A stretch of DNA of 64,000 nucleotides from Podarcis tiliguerta (lineage: Eukaryota): assembly GCA_965153285.1 (NCBI GenBank), contig OZ229115.1; one strand, written 5' to 3'. A program made the position numbers and the translations under genes. Below are positions 33,813-47,145 of this stretch, in pieces. Each line of letters starts with the position of its first letter. The first letter of the stretch is position 1. The notes under the pieces are model-generated. The model did not search any database. It was given only the letters and a program-made list of their open reading frames with translations, and was not told where the DNA came from.

Positions 33813-36800
33813 CTGCAGCACAGGCCAACCTTAACTCTTTGGCTTAGCCTGACTAAAAGAAACATGGGCTGACTTAGAAGTTATGTTGGAAGGTTCAGAT
33901 GTGATAGTGTTGATTCAACAGATAATGGTTTATCTGTCAGTGAACAGTTTATCTAATAGTGCATGAGCCGTGTGCCTGCATGTCCCTCCCCTTCCTTTCC
34001 TCCTGATTCTTATTCAGACATCACAGGAAACTAGTTTACATGTGTCTTGGAGGAAGTGGCACAATGTCTTCCCCATCTATGGGACGCTGTTGTAGACACA
34101 CTCTGTAGTGCACTCTGATTCCTAGCTGGAAGAGATGGTGGCAGTAGAAACTGGGCAGGAGAGTAGTCAGAAAGTTGCAAGAATGACATATCAAGCATTT
34201 CAATTACATTGGAAGAGGGATGGTGAAGTGTTATACTCATATTTGAAGATTTCGTATCAGAATCTTTTGCTTGGATCTGCTAGTTTTCTTGGTTAGACCA
34301 AATGGGCATCTGTGGTTCCCTCTATTGCTGTGATTGGATCTTGAAATTGGATTCTGCAGAAAAAAGTATTGCTGAGATGGTCAAACCAGTTTCTTTGTTA
34401 TATAAATGACCCTATCTTTTTAGGTATCCTTGAGCCAAAGTGTTGCCACAGAAACTTACTTGCTGCAGATCATTTCTGGAAGGTGTGCAGAGTGTTACGC
34501 TCATGAGATTTCTATCGTGAGTGTGTGCAAATAAACCTTATAATGCAGAAAAGCCACCAGTTTCCAGTGACCTTCATTGCACAGAAACCAAACTCATGGT
34601 GTAAACCTCTAGACCTCTTTCTGGAAAATGAAGACCAACCATCAGAAGGGTGGGTGAGTGTGTTGGTTATAGCAATCATTGTAGGATACATAAACTTCTG
34701 TCCATGCGGCCTTCCACAATCAGGGTGCTGATCTAAACAGCCCAGGATTTCATCTCTTCTATTCCCTGGGTCACAAACTGCAGCATTCCTTCATCTGCTC
34801 AGAATTAAAAAGGGATTCCAGGGCAGATGATATCTTTCTTTTTAGAAATGAACAAATCTAAATTCAAGCACCATCCCAAATTTGTCAAGTGTCTAACTGT
34901 ATGTCTCCCAAGACTGAGCCAGCGAGTAGAAAAATTTTCAGTCCACCCACCTTCTTCTCACAGTCCTCTGATCATATATTACATTCTCTGTACTAAGGGG
35001 ATTCCATCTGCAAGAAGGAAAGTCAGCAAAATCGTACACACACACACAGCGAGCGCAAACTAGTCACCTTCCACTGTCTTTCCTTTCACTCACATCCAGC
35101 CATTCCTTTCTGCAGGATCCATCCTCTGTTAGTTGCTCTGTATAAAACAATACTCTGTGTTTCCCCCATTCACTGTAATAGGGAATCTAAATACTGCTAT
35201 AATCTGTTGCCCTTTTGGCGAAAGTGGATGAAGCTCCATTATCAGAAGCAAGCTAGGTTGGGTGGGTGGGGACAGTTTCAAGCAGTAAATTGTGGAGATA
35301 GAAGGCAGGAGATGGGGTGGGTTTGATCTTATCTTCCTTGCTCTCAATGTAGTCTAAAAATGCTGCATGCTAATGTAAGCCTATGGAGAGGTGTAGAGAC
35401 TGTAGCTATCAAATCGGGATCTGTAACAAAGCACATTTAAATATTGATATAAAAGAGCTGACATCACTTCATGCTTATATGCTGCTTATATGATTGCTTC
35501 TCATAGCAAAACAAGCACAAAGGATTATGAAATTGATCCCAAATGTGGGACACAACCATATTTTTCTCATTGCTAAACAACTTTTTTCAACCCTCTTCCC
35601 AATAGATGCATATGTGTCTAGTTAATACAAAGAATCTACCACAAGCCTCAAAAATCAGGGTTGCATTTATAGCCAGGATTTCAAATTATTGCCAGAGAGT
35701 TGACCTTCTATTGGGTCCTTCACACAACCTTTACCCCATACGAATTATACCACAGTGTGACTGGAGAAGAATTGCCCTCTGAAGGGAGAAAAGTGATTCT
35801 GGTGCCGCTTGTTGAATGATACTATAAGAGGGCATTTGAATGACTAGTAGTAGTTGATTATGTTCAGGGACTAATTCCACCCCCTTCCCCTTAGTCAGAA
35901 AAAACTGACCGCATGATCTTTAAAAATGCTTCAATACTTTATACCGTTTAGTCATGTTTATATAAAATGTCTTCCATAGTGTGACTGGTCCTACAGCTGT
36001 GAATAGCTAGTTAGACTACGCAGCCAAAATACACAGCCTTCTATGGTCTTCCAAATTCTGGAAATCTGCAGGGTTTTATTCCCCAGGAGACTAGCTCATT
36101 CCAAAGCTTTATTATTATTATTAAAAAAAATATCTCTAATGTTTGCACTCTTGCTTCATTGTGCCAGGTTCATTCTGGGTGTAACTTGACGGAGTTCAGG
36201 GAAACCTACACCATGGTTAAATTTGGTGAACCGCTTTCTGCTAGCATTGGAATGGAGTGGAATGCTGCTGTCAGCTCTTTGGGTGTCCTTGTACTTCTCT
36301 GATTCTTTTAATTATCAATAGCAATATGTTGTCATTGTATAATTGAATTAAGCACATATGGATCCGATTAAGTAACAATCATTTTACACTGTTTCCTTCA
36401 CGATCTGTTCTGTACAAAAAGAATGTTCAAGTGTGTTCTAATTGCTTCCATATTGGTAGTCGTTACTATAAACACAAAATAATTCTTTTTCTTATTTCCT
36501 TGTACAGTTGCCACCAGCAGCCATCACGATGTATCAGGATCCTAGTCAATTCCCTTCACATGCAGTCATTTGTTTACTTTATTGCTATTATTACTTCCAA
36601 ATAGTTAACTAATACTACCAATAGACACCAGCTTGCAGAAAAATAGTTGGCTCGTTTCACAGGTCTGATCTAATTTTGTGACTTGCATGTAAAATATCTT
36701 AATTTCGCCTCTAATTTGGCAGGCACAGGATGAATAGTGTTATTTGAAAAAGCATTGGATTGGCCGATCTGGGTGTTTGCTAACATTTTATTGCAAATTG

Positions 36801-37944
36801 GGAGCCCATCGTGATTTCCTGCCAGTTTATGGAACTGGCAGACCAGAAAGTTTGTTGGCTTCCTGTGGCAAGCAAAGCAGAACCATCTCAAAAGTAATCA
36901 GTGTTATCTGCTTCTCAAAGGTGTGTGAAAAGTGTTCTGTTTGCAGCTAACATCCATGACAGCAGGGGCTGGCAGTAGCTGGGCTTAAGAGAGCAAGGGA
37001 GATTAGAACCACTAGCTAGAGGCGTGTTGGGCCACCCAGACGTGCACCAGGCATTTCTGTCTCCCAGTGACGATTTCAAGCTTTGGGGGCCTTTAGTCAA
37101 GGTGCTATTAGCAGCTGACCCCCTCCTGATTTAGCCCACTTGCCACTCTTGCTACTGCTTATTTGCCCTCCTCCTCAATTGTGTTTGACCTTCCAGGTCA
37201 GCCGCAGTATGCTTCTGAACATTGGTTTCTGGGAATGACAAGTAGAGAGAGTGCTGTTTCATCCAGGTGCTCCTTGCGTGCTTTCCAAAAGCATGACTGC
37301 TGTGTCTGCAAGGAGCCAGGCCAGGAAGCTCTGGGTGTCAGCAGATTATGCCAACCCAACTGTCTCTTCCCCACATGGCCAAGACAGGGCAGCATCATTG
37401 CAAACATTGGCTTCTCTCACAAACCTCAATGTTACTTCAGGTACTGTTGGTGGATTTATGTGTGATATTGGCAATTTGGTAAATTCATCTATACTTAAAA
37501 CTGCTATTGTGGACCGGTTGTTATCCTGGAATTTGAACCTGAGTTGATTTCCTCGTCCTTCCCAATCCATTTTCTTCTTGTGTTGCGTCTTTTTAGATTG
37601 TAAACCTGAAGGCAGGAAATCTCCCTCTCCCTGCATCCCCCACCCCCTTTTCTGATGATAAACTGCTGTGGGACTTTTTTTTTTTAGCAGAGGAACAAGA
37701 TTTTGTTTGATTTTTTAAAAAAGAAATTATAAATAATTTGCTTTTATCTATTATAGACTGAACTACCAACATGACTCCCAAAATATTTTAGATAGTAACA
37801 AATAAGGGATTAGAATTGCACTGCTCCTGCCTGAACATATTGTGTGCTGTTACTACAGTAAAAACATAATGCCTGGAAGTGGAGCAATCTGGGTTGCATT
37901 CAGGCTTCAGGGTTAGTGCATTTTATTGGTTATAATAATATGAA

Positions 37945-38298
37945 GAGACACGGGTGGCGCTGTGGGTTAAACCACAGAGCCTAGAACTTGCTGATCAGAT
38001 GGTTGGCGGTTCGAATCCCCGTGACAGGGTGAGCTCCCGTTGCTCGGTCCCTGCTCCTGCCAACCTAGCAGTTCGAAAGCACGTCAAAGTGCAAGTAGAT
38101 AAATAGGTACTGCTCCGGCGGCAAGGTAAACGGCGTTTCCGTGTGCTGCTCTGGTTCGCCAGAAGCGGCTTAGTCATGCTGGCCACATGATTCGGAAGCT
38201 GTACACCGGCTCCCTCGGCCAATAAAGCGAGGTGAGCGCCGCAACCCCAGAGTTGGCCACAACTGGACCTAATGGTCAGGGGTCCCTTTACTTTTACC
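37945..38298 (+). mobile_element. Full-length Sauria SINE (Squam1), lacertid type
   Basis: tRNA-like head (GGTGGCGCTGTGGGTTAAAC...GGCGGTTCGAATCCC), core GCAAGTAGATAAATAGGTAC, and an (ACCTTT)-like tail. Confidence 0.92.
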
Positions 38299-39080
38299 TA
38301 TAATGCTGGTGCTTCTGTCCCAGTTTCTAACCTTCCTTTTACACTCCATTATGGAGCAGTGGGTTTTGGATAGCTATAGCACCATGTTGCTCTGAAATTT
38401 AAATGGTATGGAAGAACTGTATGCTGGGATACTGCCCAAATTTTTGTCACATGAAATTGCAATGTAAAACTCCTGCAATTTTCTTAGTTAATGGGTTTTC
38501 AAATGGATTGTGGTGGTTTTTTTAAGCAACATAGAAATGAGCAACAAACTTTTGCTGGATTCCACTAGATTTCCAGAAGTTGTTTTTGTGTTGCGTTTAA
38601 AAAAATGCCTTAAATGCAGAAATTAACAGATCAAGAAATGTCGAGAAGGTAGAATAAAGTGCCATCTGAAGGCAGCCCTGATGTTTTCTGCCCCAGCATT
38701 CCAGGGAGCCAGTGATGGTTGGGGTATCCTTGAGCCACCTCATTTGTATTAGTGTACATGCGTATTAGGCAGGACCTTTGCTCTACCACTAGGACTTTTA
38801 TTCTCAATACTGGGTCACATGAACCACTTGTGTGTGAAGAAGCTGGAATATTGGTGGCCAGTTGACAGGGGAAGTGGTTTAACTTCTGACGAGAGAGAAC
38901 ATAGAGTTAGATAGAATTAGGTAGATTGCCTTTATGCACCTTTACCCCTTCTCTCTCATTAAATCTCTTTAATCTGTAAAATATTGCCTAGGATTGAGGC
39001 GTGCAACCAGTAGGAGGATTGGTAAAGCATAGGCGTTATTAAATACTTAGGAATTTTGAGGTTGCTGCCATTCTGTAAAC

Positions 39081-39326
39081 CAGGAGTCAGCAAACTTTTT
39101 CAGCAGGGGGCCAGTCCACTGTCCTTCAGACCTTGTGGGGGGCCGGACTATATTTTGAAAAAAATAAATGAATGAATGAATTCCTATGCCCCACAGAGAT
39201 GCATTTTAAATAAAAGGACACATTCTATTCATATAAAAACACACTGATTCCTGGACTGTCCGCGGGCTGGATTTAGAAAGCGATTGGTCCGGATTCGGCC
39301 CCCAGGCCTTAGTTTGCCTGCCCATG
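39081..39326. mobile_element. hAT-type MITE, copy 2
   Basis: Homologous to 29182-29438; 8-bp target-site duplication CTGTAAAC/CTGTAAAA. Confidence 0.88.
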
Positions 39327-39931
39327 CTGTAAAACAAGGCCCTATGAATTCAGCTTGTGCTTTCTCAATGCAATTTTCAAGCTGAGAACCAAGCTAGATA
39401 CAGTATCTTGATATCTGAGCTGTGGAAGGAGGAAGGGCTGATTTGAATGAAGGCTGCAGTGTGAATCCCCATCCCCATCTTCCATTTGCTCCAGGGGGCA
39501 ATTTCCAGGGGTGGAGGGTTAATTCAGACAGGAAAAATTGGGTGGAAAGGCTAGAAAATCCCTTTATATTATGGTCCTGTTCTGAATCAAACTTGCCCCC
39601 ATTCCAGCCACAGTTGCATTTACCATGCTTAAAAATATAGAAGATTAACTAATGGGTCTCCAGACATCATACGTGATTTGTCCCTAAAAAGCTTCACCTG
39701 TTAGAGGCTCATAGCTGGAATGCTGGATTAAAGGATCAGGTTAAGACAACTGCATTGGCTTATTGAATTATGTATCACAAAGCAAGTAATTGAAACAGGG
39801 TGTTTGAACAGATCTTACAAAACTGAAACAACATAAGGACTTAAAATTTTTTTTTTTCTAATGAACAACAGCTAGATCTACTATCTGGTTTGAATGTACT
39901 TACAAGATTATTGTTATATATTCCTTTTTAA

Positions 39932-40134
39932 TGGAAAAGACCCTGGTGTTGGGAAGGATGGAGGGCACAAGGAGAAGGGGACAACAGGGGACGAGATGGT
40001 TGGAATGTTGTTGTTGTTTAGTCGTTTAGTCGTGTCCGACTCTTCGTGACCCCATGGACCAGAGCACGCCAGGCACTTCTGTCCTCCACTGCCTCCCGCA
40101 GTTTGAGCAAACTCCTGCTGGTAGCTTCAAGACA
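39932..40134. mobile_element. BovB (RTE) 3' fragment whose terminal ~130 nt are inverted
   Basis: 39932-40004 (+) encodes EKTLVLGRMEGTRRRGQQGTRWL. 40005-40134 is the adjoining 3' UTR and (CAA)n tail on the minus strand. Confidence 0.8.
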
Positions 40135-40327
40135 ACCCAGAAGTAACAGAGTGCATTACTTCTGGGTTTCGCCGCATGTGCAGACGCTCAAAATGAAGTC
40201 ATGCACATTCGCGGAAGCGGCAAAACACGACCCACACACACACAGATGTGCCGTTGCGTCTTACGTTCTATTCAGGATGCGAACAGGGCTCCGGAACGGA
40301 TCCTGTTTGCATCCCAAGGTACCACTG
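40134..40327. mobile_element. Truncated Tc1/mariner-type MITE (right terminal repeat only)
   Basis: Ends GGTACCACTG|TA like the other mariner MITEs; contains the internal hairpin AACCCAGAAGTAA/TTACTTCTGGGTT. Confidence 0.65.
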
Positions 40328-41808
40328 TACTGTAATGCAGGAGAATTATTGCCATTTTACACCATGTGACCACAGCGGTGCATGCACCCACATGGTGTCT
40401 GGCAGAACTGCATGGCCTGGGCTGGCTGCCTTTTTGCATGCTTGCTGAGTAAAAGGCCTTTCAAAATAGTGTTGTCTATAACGTTGGGAGAAGGCAGCAA
40501 GGCAAGACAGCCAGCTAGGCCAGGCCAGCAGCAACCAAATTTTGCTAGTACCAGCCAAGGAAGATAGGAGTGGCTGCTTAGGCCCTCCTTGGGAATGGCT
40601 GGGAGGCAGATGCTGTTGTCACCCAGCATTTGCTGGATTTGAGTTTGTTGGTGTCTCTGGTAACTTCTCTCTCTTACATCATGGATGTTGGCAAATTGGA
40701 TTTTAAAAGGCTAAATAATATTAGAATTGGAGCTGTCAGAGAGGCACAAGGGAACTTGTGTTTTAATGCTCAGGAACTTGGCAAAGGCTTTGCAGATTTT
40801 TATATTATGGGTGTATGTTTTATATTCTTTTATTAATACTATTGCTTAATACAAGTTTATCATGGCCTTTGGCTAGTACAAAAAGCTCATGAACCTGAAC
40901 TGACAACCACAGAGACGTAATGCCTCTTCCAAAATCTGTTTTCTTTTAACCCCATAAAGAAAATTAGGTTCTGTGAAACAGTACATTGCCATGGAAAGAA
41001 ATGCATTTGTATATTTAGAAAAAGTAACATAGTCTCTTGTCTATTTTATTGCTGGGCAGAACTGGGTGGAGTTCAGAGTGATGCTGTTACAAACCTTCCA
41101 AATTACGATTGTAAACAGAATGTAGCATCTACTTGGCATAACCCAGAAAAATACAGTGCTGTCTTCTCTGCACATACTGATCCTGCTCCAATACCTCCAG
41201 ACAGATATTCACAATTGCATCCAGTTTTTCAGTGTAGAAAAAAAGGGGAGCAAGGAGAACTCCGTAAGCCCCATCTATTTCAGTGAGGTGCGCAGAGCCT
41301 CAGCTGGTACATTGGGCTAGAACACAAGTAAACATAGTGCCCACTGATGTTGTTAGACTCCCAACATCCATCAACACCCAACCACTATGGGTAATGGTCT
41401 GAGAAGGTGTGAGTTTGAGGCCATCCCAGACTACTGCCATTGAAGTCTGCTTTCATGGAAACATAGCACTAGCATGATAGGGTATTTATTCATATTCAAA
41501 ACTTTCAAGCAGTGTGTTGTTGCCTTGCATGCTCTCATAATCAAATAATAATAATATGTATATGTATATACCCTGCCTGTTTCCCTGTAAGTGACTCAGG
41601 GTGGCTTACAGATACAAATAAGAATAAGAATCAACGAATGTCACCAACAATCAGTAGCATTGGGAAATGCTGTGTCTAATGCACAGAAATTCTAAGTTTC
41701 ATTTCCTTGTGCGAAATCACCCAACTTTGTGGTACTTTTGATTAACTGCTGAGGATAGGATTGTATTCTTTCAGAGAAATATAGAAGTCTTCATAGCTTT
41801 GCATTAAT

Positions 41809-41827
41809 TAGCCACAAGAGGGAGATA
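41809..41827 (+). promoter_or_regulatory. CTCF-like motif just downstream of the GLIS1 3' end
   Basis: TAGCCACAAGAGGGAGATA; the first 14 nt are identical to the motif at 15404. Confidence 0.4.
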
Positions 41828-42463
41828 TGGGCATGGCCTATGGAAAGTTTACAGTTGATTAGGCTATCTTCTGATTTTATCATTTATATGCTGTTGCTTT
41901 CTTTAAAAAAAAAGAAAACCGATGGTGAAATATAATGGCCTTGGTTCAAGAAGCACAAAGGCATTTGCATACTTTGAATATTTATTATTTGGATGATGCA
42001 TTCACCTTTGGCTGTTTAAAACTTTCCTTGTCCAAAGAGAAGGCAACCCAATATAATGCTAAACATAGGTCATGATCTAGCAAGGAAAAGTCCATTTGGA
42101 TAAACAGACTTCCAGGCACAGACTTCTCCTCCTGCATATAGTTGCTGCTGCTGAGGATGGTGTTAAAAATGGTTATTCCCTTTTCCTCTGTGAATAACCA
42201 AGGTAAACTGGTTTCTGTAACTGCAAAGGGCAGCTTCTTCTTGACACAAAATTAGTCAGTTTCAGCACCATATCAAAATGGTAAGTTATACTAACACAGG
42301 AATGTATCATACAGAATACATTCAGAAAGAAGAATAGTTTTATGAGAAGCTAGTGGAAGATGACCAATTACAGCATTTGGGAAAGAAGATATAAACTGCA
42401 GCAAACAACTGCATGTGCTCTTAAGTCACTGATGTTAAGGTTCAGCAAAACGGCAGATGAAAT

Positions 42464-42506
42464 TTTATTTTTAAAAAAGACAGTAGACTTGTTTCCAGTT
42501 TTTAAT
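42464..42506 (-). terminator. Candidate GLIS1 polyadenylation signals (ATTAAA 42506-42501; AATAAA 42469-42464)
   Basis: Hexamers on the minus strand about 500 nt past the stop codon, after an AU-rich 3' UTR. Confidence 0.45.
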
Positions 42507-42987
42507 GCTTTCTTGTAAAATTGAAAATATAAAACCAGCTCAGCGTAGTGAAAACTTTTATGTACATGAGGTCTGTGACTTTTAAAGAAGTCCTTTTATA
42601 GTCAAGAAAACATCAGATGAATTAACTGTGATTAAAGAGACCAGGATTCTTAAATTGAAAACATACTTTTCAAAAAAAAAAAATCTTTACAAGCATATTA
42701 TATAATTTAGATTTATATTTTACTAAAAGAACTTACACAACAAGCAGTTTCGGATGCTCTCCCTTCTCCCTTAAGAGAATCAATTTCAAAGTGCCACAGC
42801 AAAGGAATAGATTCCAATAATTGTACAGTATATTCCTTTATAAAATAGATTGGTAAAATGTGAGAGGTTGACTTAAATGAGCACATACATTTAGTTGCAG
42901 ACTAAATACAGTAAAGGTAGTTGAACAACAATTCTGTAAATACAAAAGTCATAAGCATGGTAAAGAAAACAAATATTTTAGCCGGGC

Positions 42988-43127
42988 TTAGGTATCCGTA
43001 TAGATGGGAGGAATGTGATTCAAACAGTGATCAAAAGTGCCATTTTGGAAAAATCCATTATTGTCTTCTGTTCCGTTGATAACTACTTCTTCCGACACAC
43101 ATTGTGCTTCAGAAATGACCTCATAGC
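42988..43127 (-). CDS. GLIS1: GLIS1 terminal coding exon
   Basis: Minus-strand acceptor atattttcag|GC, phase 1. GYEVISEAQCVSEEVVINGTEDNNGFFQNGTFDHCLNHIPPIYTDT* matches the GLIS1 C-terminus as I recall it (..FDHCLxHIPSIYTDT). Confidence 0.93.
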
Positions 43128-43648
43128 CTGAAAATATGGCAAGCACATGAGACTGATTAATACGATGAAAGGTGGCAAATACAATCTGAGTACGAGGCAC
43201 AAACTAAATGTGATGCTCAGTTCTAAGATTAATTTTCCTTTCATTGTGTATTTTTTTAAATGCAAAGCAGCAGGTAGGCTTGAGAATGGGAAGCGGAGAG
43301 GAGCTGCTCAAGCACATTCCCTTCCTACCACTTGTTCTCTCAAAACCTCCCGTTTGTGCCTGCAGAGAAAAATATATGCAACTGAGCTCATAGCTTGAGT
43401 CATAACTCCACAGCTTCTGATACATGTTATTGTTGCATAGCAGCTGTTTGTGCTTTCTTCACTCAATACCATAGGAGCCAACTCCCAGCGGCTGAGGACC
43501 CTTTGTCCCCCCTAAAATATTTGAGGCCCCCCAAATGGGCACTGCTGTTTTAATGGTGTGTGCGCGTCAGGTCTTGTGTTCAATTATGTGGGCTTACCTG
43601 CCCCCCCCCCAATTTTTATTCAAGTTGACACTCCTGCCCAATACAGTA

Positions 43649-43857
43649 CTGTGGTACCTCGGGTTAAGTATTTAATTCATTCTGGAGGTCCATTCTTAAC
43701 CTGAAGCACCACTTTAGCTAATGGGGCCTCCTGCTGCTGCCGCGCCGCCGGAGCACGATTTCTGTTCTCATCCTGAAGCAAAGTTCTTAACCCGAGGTAA
43801 TATTTCTGGGTTAGCGGAGTCTGTAACCTGAAGCGTATGTAACCCGAGGTACCACTG
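43649..43857. mobile_element. Tc1/mariner-type MITE, copy 2
   Basis: TA|CTGTGGTACCTCGGGTTA ... TAACCCGAGGTACCACTG|TA. Confidence 0.88.
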
Positions 43858-46199
43858 TATTCACAAATTGTCATTAAAACTTTCAGTAACCGTGATCTGC
43901 TTTGAAGTTACAGCATAAAATTCCTCTGCATGGCTTTGTCAATGATTTCCAATTAAGACTTGGTAGCCTTACTGGTAAGATGTTAAACTGCTGGACACAA
44001 TGTGGGGAGTGACTGTTTATTTATCCTGGGTCAGGGGATACACAAAATATGTTTCTAAAATGAAATTATAGTGGCTGGACCTTTGGCTGTTGTATGGATG
44101 GAGGACTTTGTTGTTTAAGTTTTAAAAATATGACTTAGAGATATGTGGATATAATTTGTGCAACACCCTGGCAAAAGATAATTAACAACCACACAAAGCT
44201 CACCTTTGCATCTACTTGTATAGCTAGGCAGGCAAGTCACTTTTAAGTTTAAAACCAGCCAGCCACGTGAGCAGCTGCAGCAGAAACTTAAAAAACAATT
44301 CTGTTTGCAATTGCAATTTTTCCTTGTGCATTTTATAGCTTCACAGTGCTGCAGCCTTAGAGATGCTGCTTATCAACTATAAAACATTTTTGGAGAACAA
44401 GTATCTGTTCCTTATTATCATTTAAATTCCTGTTTGTAAGAGACCCAACTCTTAACAGCACTCTTCATCCTTTTTCACCTGTGGAAACCAAATGCAGTTG
44501 GCTGATGAAAATGTGGCTGGGAAGGGGAAAGGGGTGAACAGCTATGCTAAAGAATGCTGCAGAAGGGCCAATACTGTCAAAATTATCAACTTTGAATCTT
44601 CTGGCTCCAATAACACTGTTTAGAACTGACAAAATGTCAGAGTTATCACACTTTCTTCTAAATTGTTATGCTAAGAGGAGCTCAAAGGGAAAGTTGTAGG
44701 AATGGGGGGCAGCGGGAAGGAAGGTACTTGACTGACAATGAAGATAGAGATTGAGAAAGTATGAAGTCCTGGAACTTATCTCCCTTTCCCACAATGTCCA
44801 ATTCATTCTCCAGTTTCAGGATTTTTTGAGAGCCTCATGCTCAAAAGAGTGTATAAGCAAACATCCAGGTTGTATACACAATACCTTTAAAACACATTCT
44901 TTTGCTCAAAGGATTCTGGGCACTGGGCTACAACCCCCAGCAACCCTTAACAAACTACAGCACCCAAAATTCATTGATGGAAATAACATATTTTAATGGT
45001 ATAGTGTGTACATAGCCCCAGAAAACGGTAAGTGGGACCCATTGCACAAGGAACTTGTTTATCCTCTGTGCTACAGCTCAGTCTACAACACTCTGCTGAA
45101 ATAAATTTGGAACCAAATCCCATATACTCCTGTCTTGGTCTGTGTGGCAGCTTCTTCCATTCAAATGATCAATAGAATCTGAATAAACATGGAACTCAGA
45201 TCTGCTCTGGGTTGCACTCTTGAATTTATTTTATTTCAGCTCTTGGTACATAACTATTTTATTATTTCTATATAACACTATCAATGTGCATGGAACTTTG
45301 CAGATTGCCATAAGTGACAAAATAAAACATAACCACCACCACCACCCAGTCAACCCAGGAGTTTACAATCCAAATTTCAACAGTGGGAAAACAGCAAAGG
45401 AAGGTTGGCAAGAAAGGATAACAAGGATAAATGATAGCAAATGCACCTATGTGCATTTACTAGGTTCTGTTTCACCCACAATGAATGGACAGTAGTAAGC
45501 CATGACAACCCAGATGCCATTGTAGCAACCCAGATAGCACAAAACATCCAAAATACTAAGATAAAGAATTTATTCTCTGTTAATAGGATTTTCTGTCGGT
45601 CATACCAGGCATTTTTAGTAGATGAGATCTCCTTTATATTGATGGTACCATAAAACCAAGAAAAAGAAACACTAAACTAAGACCCAGTGAGTACAAATGG
45701 TCTATTTGGCCAACAAATTATCTATGAATTGCAGGGTTGTTTGTTTTTGTGTTTAAGACTCTTAAGTATTTGCCTAAATATAAAAAGTACCAAAGTGAAA
45801 TATCTCATAGCAGTTTAGACGCCAGACATAAAAATATCAATGGCTGTTGAATTTGGTTTCTTGCCATGATATTATTCTTTGCTCCGATGACTTCTTTTGA
45901 AAAGTTTATTTAGTCTGCTCTATACTAATCCTAATCTTCAATCTGATGTTAACCTGAATAGAGGATTTTTAAAAAAACATCAAAAAAGCAACTTCCAAAA
46001 AGGCAGAGAACATGAAAGAACATACAGAAATGTCAACTGTAGGTTAAAAAATCCATCCTTAACTTTTTGCTAGATTTTAACTTGTGCTAGTTGGAACAAG
46101 GTAACTGCATATGATAAACCAGTCTGAATCTGAGGCAAACTACCTTCTGTGAAATGACTGTTTTGCTTATATTCTATGTAATATATGTAAGATTAGCTT

Positions 46200-47145
46200 C
46201 CATATTTGAGGACTGGAAAATGGCCTCATGCAACACATTTTTTAAAAAAGAGATCTGGGGATGGGGGGAGGCAGTCCTGGAATTTACAGGTGGGTTAACT
46301 TAACGTCTGTCCCAGAAAAATGGGAAGTATTGTTAAAGATAATATTACAAACCATATAGAAGAACAAGCCTTGCTGTAGCAGAACCAGGATGACTTATGC
46401 AAGGTTAAGGTCTATTTCATTACCCTACTGGAGTTCTTTGAGAGTGTCAACAAGCCTATAGATAGAGGTCATCTGGTTAACATAATGTATTTGGATTTTC
46501 CAAAAGCTTTCACCAAAGTACCTTTCCAAAGACTCTAGAAACTGGTTACATAACAGGAAGCAGAAAGTAGGAATAAATGGACAGTTCTCCTGATGGAGTG
46601 ATGTAGAAAGTGGTATTGGTATTGGGATCTGTGCTTTTGAACTTGTTCAGAAATGATCTAGAGTTGGAGTGAGCAGTGAGGCAGCCAAGTCTGCTAATGA
46701 TACTAAATTGTTCAGGGGCATTAAAACAAAAAGGGATTGTGTAAAGCTCCAAAACAACCTCTCCAAATTGAGTGAATGGGATTAAAATGACAAATGAAAT
46801 TCAGTATTACAAGTGTAAAGCAATGCATGTTAGGACAAAAATTAAAAATTTTGCATATGCATTCATGGAGTCTGAATTCACAATGCCTGACCAGGAATGA
46901 GACCTTGAAGTCATAGGGAATAACACAATGAGCCTATCAACCCAGGGTTCCATTAGCTTAGAAGAAGGCAAATTCCATGTTGGGATCATTAGGAAAGAAA
47001 TTCAAAATAAAACTGCCAATATCATAATGTCAGTATATGAATCTGTTGTGCAACCGCATTTGGAATACAGCATACAGTTCTGGTTGCCTCATTTCAAAAG
47101 GGACACGGTAGAGTTGGAAAAGTTTCAGAAAAGGGCAAGCAAATT
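46200..47145 (+). mobile_element. Degraded CR1 reverse-transcriptase fragment in the last GLIS1 intron
   Basis: LEFFESVNK..DRG..MYLDFPKAF and YESVVQPHLEYSIQFWLPHFKRDTVELEKFQKRA, with stops and deletions. Confidence 0.88.
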
